A stretch of 17,090 nt of DNA from Octopus sinensis (lineage: Eukaryota): NCBI RefSeq assembly GCF_006345805.1, contig NW_021825011.1, positions 1 through 17,090 of the forward strand, written 5' to 3'. The notes under the pieces were generated by a model, which was not told the origin of the DNA, did no database searches, and saw only the letters and a list, made by a program, of their open reading frames with translations. This document shows positions 10,063 through 17,090 of the stretch, piece by piece. The translations under genes were made by a program, and so were the position numbers. Every line of letters starts with the position of its first letter. Position 1 is the stretch's first letter.

Positions 10063-10217
10063 AATGGCTTTCTTTCAATTTCTGTCTACCAAATTCACTC
10101 AAAACACTTTGGTCGTCCGGGAGGTATAGTACGAAGCACTTGCCCGAGGTGCCAGGCAGTGGGACTGAACCCGTAACCGTGTGGTTGAGAATCAAGGTTA
10201 TGACCACACACATGCCT
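10063..10217 (-). mobile_element. SINE-B 5' half (head plus core)
   Basis: TTTCTGTCTACCAAATTCAC...CACTTGCCCGAGGTGCC...GGGACTGAACCCG...ACCACACA is the reverse complement of head and core. Confidence 0.83.
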
Positions 10218-10457
10218 ACGTCTATCATAGCTATGTCACTTCTTAGCAAATATATGCTGTGGCCTATCAAAGCGACTTTATTGATATTATTATGTGTTAA
10301 TAGACATGGCATATATTAGCATAATACACTTTGTGTTAATTCCCTTAATATAATATTACCATATATTTAGTATTAAATATTGGCATATGGAATAAGTTTA
10401 TACAATAATGTGCTCATTATATGTAGATATGTAATATAATATTATAGGCGAAGGCAA

Positions 10458-10676
10458 GGCCAGGAGCTGGCAGACTGGTTAGCATTCCGGAGAAAATGCT
10501 TAGTAGCATTTCGTCCGTCTTTTTGTTCTGAGTTCAAACTCCGCCGGTTTTGACTTTGCCTTTCATCTTTTAGGGATCGATAATATAAGTACACCCTGAG
10601 TACTCGGGTCGATGCAATCGACTTATTACCTCCCAACCCGGAACTTGTTGGCTTTGTGCTAAAATTTGAAACCAAT
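10458..10676 (+). mobile_element. SINE-A full length, diverged, tail type II
   Basis: GAGCTGGCAGA...GAGTTCAAACTCCGCC...GTCGATGCAATCGAC...TTTGAAACCAAT. Confidence 0.83.
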
Positions 10677-10692
10677 CGGATATTATGTTTGA

Positions 10693-10965
10693 AGGCAGGA
10701 CGCCTAATGTTAGGCTGTTGCACTCACGATGCGGGATCGAGGTTTCGATTCCCAGAACGGCGGTGTGTTTTATTTTTGAAAGAAACACTTTACTTCACGT
10801 TGCTCCAGTGCACACAACTGATAATTGAGAACCCTGCAAGGGACTGGTGTTTTCATTCGGGAGCAATGTTGGCCTGCCAAGCCAACGGATGTGATGGCAT
10901 CATTCGAAAGCTACAACAATGCATGGAAGCGCATCGTGACCAGCGTCTTATAACATCATCCGATA
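10693..10965 (+). mobile_element. SINE-D: SINE-C-like tRNA head with a different body
   Basis: TGTTAGGCTGTTGCACTCACGAT...GGTTTCGATTCCCAGA matches the SINE-C head; downstream sequence does not match the SINE-C body. 3' boundary is approximate. Confidence 0.55.
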
Positions 10966-11029
10966 GCATAATCAATACACTTCATATAATATAATAGTAT
11001 ATAAAACAAAACAATACAATATCTCATTC

Positions 11030-11095
11030 ACTTCTTTGAGTCATTGGATTGCAGTCATGCTGGGATTTAGTTGAACGAATTGATCAAAGTAATTT
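11030..11095 (-). mobile_element. Degenerate SINE-B 3' terminus
   Basis: AGTCATTGGATTGCAGTCATGCTGG resembles the reverse complement of the SINE-B tail. Confidence 0.45.
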
Positions 11096-11100
11096 TTCTT

Positions 11101-11253
11101 TTCTGTTTTAGGCACAAGGCCCAAAATCTTTTCTTTTTTTTGGGGGGGGGGGAGCCAGTCAATTAGGTATTTGATTTATCGGCCCCGAAAGAATAAAAGG
11201 CAAAGTCGACCTCGGCGGAACTTAAACCCAGAACGTAAAGACAGAAGAAATAC
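11101..11253 (-). mobile_element. SINE-A 3' part, tail type II, internally deleted
   Basis: AGGCAAAGTCGACCTCGGCGGAA is the exact reverse complement of the SINE-A core; GGCACAAGGCCC corresponds to tail II. Confidence 0.82.
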
Positions 11254-11294
11254 ATATTTCATTACTACCCACATATATACATATATATATATAT

Positions 11295-11401
11295 AATAAT
11301 ATGTTACATTACTCGATAGTCAAGATAAAACTCTGAGTTTCAGATGCCGAAGTGGAAACTCAGAGTTTTATCTTGACTATCGAGTAATGTAACATATTAT
11401 T
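11295..11401. repeat. Perfect inverted repeat, 47-bp arms, 13-nt loop
   Basis: 11295-11341 is the exact reverse complement of 11355-11401. Confidence 0.97.
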
Positions 11402-12614
11402 GTATAGATAAATTTCCTCTATTTACATAATATTGAGGTCTCTTTCTTTCTTTTGTTATCTTACCGTTTTACCAATATATATGCATATATATATGTAAAT
11501 ATATAAGTATATATGTATACATATATGTATATATACATATATGTAATATCTCTATATGTATATATGGCAGAATAAATTCCGTTATGGTGCTCTTTTTCTC
11601 ACACACGGTGCCCAAGAGATCCTACTATACCGTGTAGTTGACGGAATCAAAAAGAAACCATGCATATGCGGGAAATTAAATATAAAATATGGCGACGATT
11701 TATCCATCGCACCCTATACATATAGAGAGGCAGAGACAGAGACAGACAGACAGACAGGAAGACTGAGAGAGAAGCAGATTGATTGATAGATATAGAGAAA
11801 GAATGTATAACTCTGCAAGCACACGTGGAATGAATATCAATAGAATGATAAAGAGTCCATATTTAATTATGTTGAATCGGAAAAATGCAATGAAAGAAAC
11901 GTCAAGATAAACCTTCGCGAGAATCACGCCAACGCCAACGCCATATCTGGCGAAGGCTGGAGCTAGGATATTACTGAAATTGATGTATGACGCCGCAGCG
12001 GTTAAAATATATTTGTCTCTTTTGGATTAGTCACTATATCAAAGTTCATTATGACGACGACTTGTTTATCATAAAAGGGAATGAAGCAGTTGAGAATCTC
12101 CGTTTAATTATAAGAGATTACAGCAACAAGTTTTAATCCTCTGATAATCCCTACACGTGCAGGAGATAACTTACTGCAGCAGCATCGGGCATGATATATT
12201 ATGTCAAGATATGCATTTAACACTCACAACCTCCAACAACAGATATTAATGGCATTCATGCACATACGGGCTCCCATACTTGTATAGGCACAGACTTAAA
12301 TGAAGATACATTCATATTTTCTATACACCTTCAAGCGCCGGGCACAATTGATTTACCTTAAATAGACATTGAATCTATCCTTAAGACACTTTCAGCAACT
12401 TCAATGGATTTACAGGGGCGAGGATAATGGGAGGATATTTAAGTATATACAACGTCCTTTTGTATAATTGTTTAGCATCGAATTGCAGACATTCCCTTCA
12501 CACTTTTCTCCCAAGCGCAGCAGAACACAGCCAGACCGTGTGCAAATCAATAAACGGTGAAAGTTTCAATAATAATAAATACAAAGTTGTGTGTGTGCGT
12601 TGTGATTTATGCTG

Positions 12615-12644
<30 letters not shown>

Positions 12645-12645
<1 letters not shown>

Positions 12646-12881
12646 TTTATTTTATTTATTTTTTATTTTATCTAGTTTCAGCTCACGAGCTGTGGCCATG
12701 CTGGGGCACCGCCATTTGGTGTTGCTACATGATTTTTTCTTCACGAATACTTTTTAGCAACTGCCATTTGGTGCATGAGAGAGTTCGATGCTGCTGCCCT
12801 CATCTGCACCTCCTGCCGTGAAGTTGGTTCATCTGGGACACCTGACAGGAAGAGATCCAGTCTTACTTTAAAGACATCCGC
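12645..12881 (-). mobile_element. 3' end of a non-LTR retrotransposon (CR1/L2-group, clade tentative)
   Basis: Minus frame 12881-12741 reads ADVFKVRLDLFLSGVPDEPTSRQEVQMRAAASNSLMHQMAVAKKYS*; FKxxLDxFLxxVPDEP...RAAxSNSL is a typical LINE ORF2 C-terminal motif. Followed by a short UTR and an A-rich (TAAAA)n tail. Confidence 0.7.
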
Positions 12882-12914
<33 letters not shown>

Positions 12915-12933
12915 TATATGTATGTATATAACG

Positions 12934-13059
12934 GTTTATGGAGAAATACGAAGGTTGTCGTCAATGAAGAGAGTAGACGTGGTACCGACAGTAATTGGTG
13001 CACTTGGAAGTACCAACACTCAGCTACCAACACAGCTGAAAAAGATTGAGATAGAGAAA
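12934..13059 (+). mobile_element. R4/Dong-like LINE endonuclease C-terminal fragment (family 1)
   Basis: VYGEIRRLSSMKRVDVVPTVIGALGS...LKKIEI matches the EIxRLWxM...VVPxVIGALG motif of restriction-like-endonuclease LINEs. Confidence 0.62.
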
Positions 13060-13061
13060 TT

Positions 13062-13890
13062 AATAGGCCAGAGAGAGATGCCAGAGATGATGAAGAAAAA
13101 ATTGCTTTCTAATAGATGTATCAATACCAGCAGATGATAACGTGTCTCTAAAAGAAATGGAGAAACTTTCAAAATACAAAGACCTGGAAATAGAGGTAAC
13201 CAGAATGTGGAATCTAAAAACAGAAACAATTCCTATCATAGTAGGTGCATTAGGCATGATAAAAGTATATTCAGACGAATACATAACAAAAACACCAGGA
13301 CTTACAAATATATATAACATACAGAAAATTGCACTACTGGGCACTGCACACATCCTACGCAAAATACTTTCAATACAGTTACAATAAGAGCATCGTGGAG
13401 GCGCAATGGCCTAGACGTTAGGGTGTTGGACTCGCGATCGTAAGACCGCGGTTTCGATTTCTAGACCGGCCGCTGTGAGTGTTTATTGAGCAAAAACACG
13501 TAAAAGCTCCACGAGGCTCCGGAATGGGGTGGTGGCGAACCCTGCTGTACACTTTCTCTACAACTTTCTCTAACTCTTTCTTCCTATTTCTATGGTACTT
13601 GTATTTCAAAGCGCCAGCCTTCTGACACTCTATGTCACGCTGAATCTCCCTGAGAACTACGTTAACGGTTCATGTGTCTGTGGAGTGCTCAGTCACTTGC
13701 ACTTTAATTTCATGAGCAGTCTGTTGATGGGATAAACTGGAACCCTCGTCGTCGCAACCGACAGAGTACCACTTATAAGAGCATCACAACAAACTATAGC
13801 TCACACCCAAGGAACACAGAGCTGTACTCGGTAGTGCATTGAAAGCACGTAATAAAAACAAGACTACTGAATGATAACGATAATAATAAT
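13062..13890 (+). mobile_element. R4/Dong-like LINE 3' end (restriction-like endonuclease, 3' UTR, (AAT)n tail), interrupted by SINE-C
   Basis: NRP..., then after a frameshift CFLIDVSIPADDNVSLKEMEKLSKYKDLEIEVTRMWNLKTETIPIIVGALG...LLGTAHILRK: the PD..D RLE signature region of the R4 clade. Stop at 13387; tail ends about 13890. Confidence 0.85.
13395..13774 (+). mobile_element. SINE-C full length with 11-bp target-site duplication
   Basis: tRNA-Arg-like head (TGGCCTAG...GGACTCGCGATC...GGTTTCGATTTC); ATAAGAGCATC at 13384-13394 and 13775-13785. Confidence 0.9.
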
Positions 13891-14920
13891 TTCATTTATT
13901 TGCCACAAGGGCAAAGGGTGGGGCCGGGGCAGTACAGAGACAGATATAAAGTGTGAGTGTTTACATGTAATAATCACATGTATACTCGGTATACACTGGG
14001 AAAGAAGAGACATATGGATTCTAGCAACTTGCATCCTTATCTAAATGCATAACATTACGTTAAATACAACCATGTGCCAGAATACCGCATTATTTCAACA
14101 ACATTATGGAACAGACAGACTTCGATATATAATGAGAATATGACACATTATGTTCAAACTTCAAAAAATATCACGTTATAACTTATGAATTGAAAGCAAA
14201 GAAACAGCTCAGCTAAATATTTCTACGATTTGATATTTAATATTTAGTTATTAAATCAATTTTGCAATTCCGGCATTCCATATATTACCAGAGTTATGCA
14301 TTCCCCGGTGAACGAGATATTTTTGCGTACATTCATCTCTCTAACTGTTCGTAAGCTTTTCCTTTCTCTACATGTCTCTTTTAATATCTGTGTGCGTGTG
14401 TATGTGTGTTCGTGTTTGTGTACCTTCGTATATATGTGCGTCTGTGTTATATCCAATTGCCTTCATACATATATGCATGTATTTGCATGAACATAGAGAG
14501 ACAGATAGATAAATACATACATGTGTGCATGTATATGTCTACATTTGTATGCGCCGATGTGTCAATGTATATTCGTATACAATGTATATCATATAGGTAA
14601 CTGTTCGTATACTTTTAGCAAGGCTGTAGACAAGTTAGTTTATATTTATTTTCTCCCTGACAACCACATAACCTGACCAATAACTATTTATTTGATGTCT
14701 CATCTCAATCTTAATATATTGTTTTTGTCTTCTGACAGCGGTTTATAAACTATATTCTGAAAAATGTCGGCTGTCTGCTTCAGTCAAACATGAGAAACGA
14801 CAAAGCGATGTCCAACTTAGCTTGCCGTTACACACGCAGCGGACATATTACGCACACACCCGGAGAAAGGCAAACCTGTATAGTTATAACTTACACTTTC
14901 ATAGACACACATATAGGAAT

Positions 14921-14922
14921 GG

Positions 14923-14968
<46 letters not shown>

Positions 14969-14997
14969 GTATATATATATAATGTATATATATGTAT

Positions 14998-15031
<34 letters not shown>

Positions 15032-15232
15032 ATATGCATATATATATATATATATGTATATATAAGTATATATATGTATATATATGTATATATATATATA
15101 TACATATATACTTATATATACATATATATATATATGTATATATAAGTATATATAGTATATATATATGTATATATATATACATATATATATATGTATATAT
15201 ATTGTATATATATATATATTATATATATATAT
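14921..15232. repeat. Long interrupted (TA)n microsatellite
   Basis: Direct reading. Confidence 0.96.
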
Positions 15233-15560
15233 TTACACACAAATATATGTATATAGACATATATACAATATCTGTGTGTGTGGGTGCACATGTGAATATG
15301 ATTATTCTCTGGTCTGTTTGTCTCTGTTCGTATTTAGGGGAATATTGCATGAAACACGTATACGTTAAAAAAATGTCAATGATATGCATATAGCGACATA
15401 TATCAACATCAAAGTATATACATGAAGTATGTATAATATTTGTTTCAATATTTACACGCACACACACACAAACACAAACTTTTATGTGTACATGAATGTG
15501 CTTACATACATACAAACATTCATATATACATACATACATACACACATACATATACATATA

Positions 15561-15579
15561 TAGATAGATATATAGAAAC

Positions 15580-15642
<63 letters not shown>
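15561..15642. repeat. (GATA)n microsatellite
   Basis: Direct reading. Confidence 0.97.
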
Positions 15643-15809
15643 TACATACATATGAACATACATATATATAGGTAGCGGCGTCTGAGTCTGTGTGAGCATG
15701 TATGCGGGTGTATCTGATTGTATACGTTTACATATACATTCATGTACCACGTTGCTTCGTATACTTATATAGTTTACGAAAGTCACAGGCGTGTATATAT
15801 GTGTGTGTA

Positions 15810-15810
<1 letters not shown>

Positions 15811-15866
<56 letters not shown>

Positions 15867-15900
15867 TATATATAATATATATATATTATACATTTATATA
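15811..15900. repeat. (TA)n microsatellite
   Basis: Direct reading. Confidence 0.95.
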
Positions 15901-16454
15901 GGTATATTTAGATATATACAGGGGCGCGCAACACCATATATATATATGTACATATATCTACATAGCTATTTAATTTATGTGTCTCTGTGTGTGTGTGCAC
16001 GCGTAAGTGTGTAGATATAGGCTGCCGAGACATGTTGCCGTACATGTTGCAGAACGCTGCACAAATTTGTATGATGTCATATCAAATATATATAAGCTTG
16101 GAAGGAAACGAAGTTTTGGCCTAGTTTTTGGAAGGTCTTATTAGACGTCTTGCTCAATATATATCATACATACACACACACATATATATGTGTACGTGTC
16201 TTTTTGTGAGCATGTACGTGTGAGTGTGTGTGTATGTGTGTGTCAATATGTTTGCGTATGTACGTATGCATATGATGCGCTGATAGTTTAAAAACTATGC
16301 TTGTGTATAAAACTACGAACAAAAGATAAATGTCTCCGTTGTTTATGGTTTGTTTACAAAATCGAGCGAGCGTTGTGTGTTGCATTTATGTATGTGACAT
16401 TGTCAGAGTAATGGTCGTAGAATAACGCGCGCGCAGACATGCAAACGTACACAC

Positions 16455-16455
16455 T

Positions 16456-16489
<34 letters not shown>

Positions 16490-16549
16490 ATATAATATAT
16501 ATATATAATATTATATACATAATTCATGTAGATATTACATAGATATACA

Positions 16550-16600
<51 letters not shown>
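16455..16600. repeat. (CA)n/(TA)n microsatellite
   Basis: Direct reading. Confidence 0.95.
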
Positions 16601-16603
<3 letters not shown>

Positions 16604-16854
16604 CAATTTAGGAATGGCCTAAACAGGCCATTCGTCACCAGAAAGAGCAGCCAGAACTCCAACCGCCAAGTAGTGCAATTCGGAAATAAGGTGAAAATTT
16701 AAAAACGTTACCCTAAATATATATATATATATGCATATATACTATATATATATGGTGTATATATATATACATATATATACATATATATATACCTATATAT
16801 ACATATATACATATTCATATAGAAAATATGTGTATATATATATACACACATATG

Positions 16855-16885
16855 GATAGATAGATAGATAAATAGATAGCTACAC

Positions 16886-16942
<57 letters not shown>
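16855..16942. repeat. (GATA)n microsatellite
   Basis: Direct reading. Confidence 0.97.
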
Positions 16943-17090
16943 TGTTTCTTTATTAGCCACACAGGGCTGCACACAGATAGAACAAATTACAAGGTAGAGC
17001 TTTTCTTTTGAAGGTATTAAAAAAAAAAAAAAAAAAAAAAAAGGAAGGGGGAGGTTCGATCAAAAGGGATCGTAAAAGGAGAGAAAGAGG
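16943..17090 (-). mobile_element. Probable 3' end of an unclassified retroposon running off the window, ending in (TCTA)n
   Basis: Minus strand is pyrimidine rich and ends CTGTGTGCAGCCCTGTGTGGCTAATAAAGAAA, 25/32 identical to SINE-A tail I. Confidence 0.55.

Noticed and set aside
12169-12296. Minus-strand GTAAGT donor with a possible 120-nt exon
   Set aside because: All three frames of the candidate exon contain stops, and the acceptor is weak.
757-13470. tRNA genes
   Set aside because: A/B-box-bearing segments are SINE heads: multi-copy, diverged, continuous with SINE bodies, and without a complete cloverleaf.
14845-14880. HTPGER resembling a C2H2 zinc-finger linker (HTGEKP)
   Set aside because: No correctly spaced Cys/His pairs; a (CA)-like sequence explains it.
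27-16974. Many ORFs rich in YI, VC, LSIY, or poly-V/G/T/P/H
   Set aside because: They are translations of (TA)n, (GT)n, (GATA)n and GTT/GGT repeats, with no domain content.

Overview
Eukaryotic non-coding (intergenic or intronic) DNA made mostly of microsatellites ((TA)n, (CA)n, (GA)n, (GATA)n, a ~1.1 kb GTT/GGT block) and retroposon debris. No intact host gene is supported; almost all listed ORFs are microsatellite translations. The repeats resemble those I recognise from octopus genomes, but that organism assignment is recall, not a search result. The window holds many copies of at least three tRNA-headed SINE-like families (working names SINE-A, -B, -C, plus a C-headed variant D). It also holds 3' fragments of non-LTR retrotransposons (RTE-like, R4/Dong-like restriction-like endonuclease, CR1/L2-group C-terminus, and an unclassified 3' end at the window edge) and a probable Helitron 5' end. 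Three observations stand out. (1) Two unrelated, near-perfect fold-backs (106-bp and 47-bp arms) share one architecture inside (TA)n arrays. (2) SINE 3' tails match LINE-like 3' ends present in the same window, with stem-loops conserved in structure. (3) A GTCGA-N5-TCGAC hairpin module is shared by two otherwise different SINE families.
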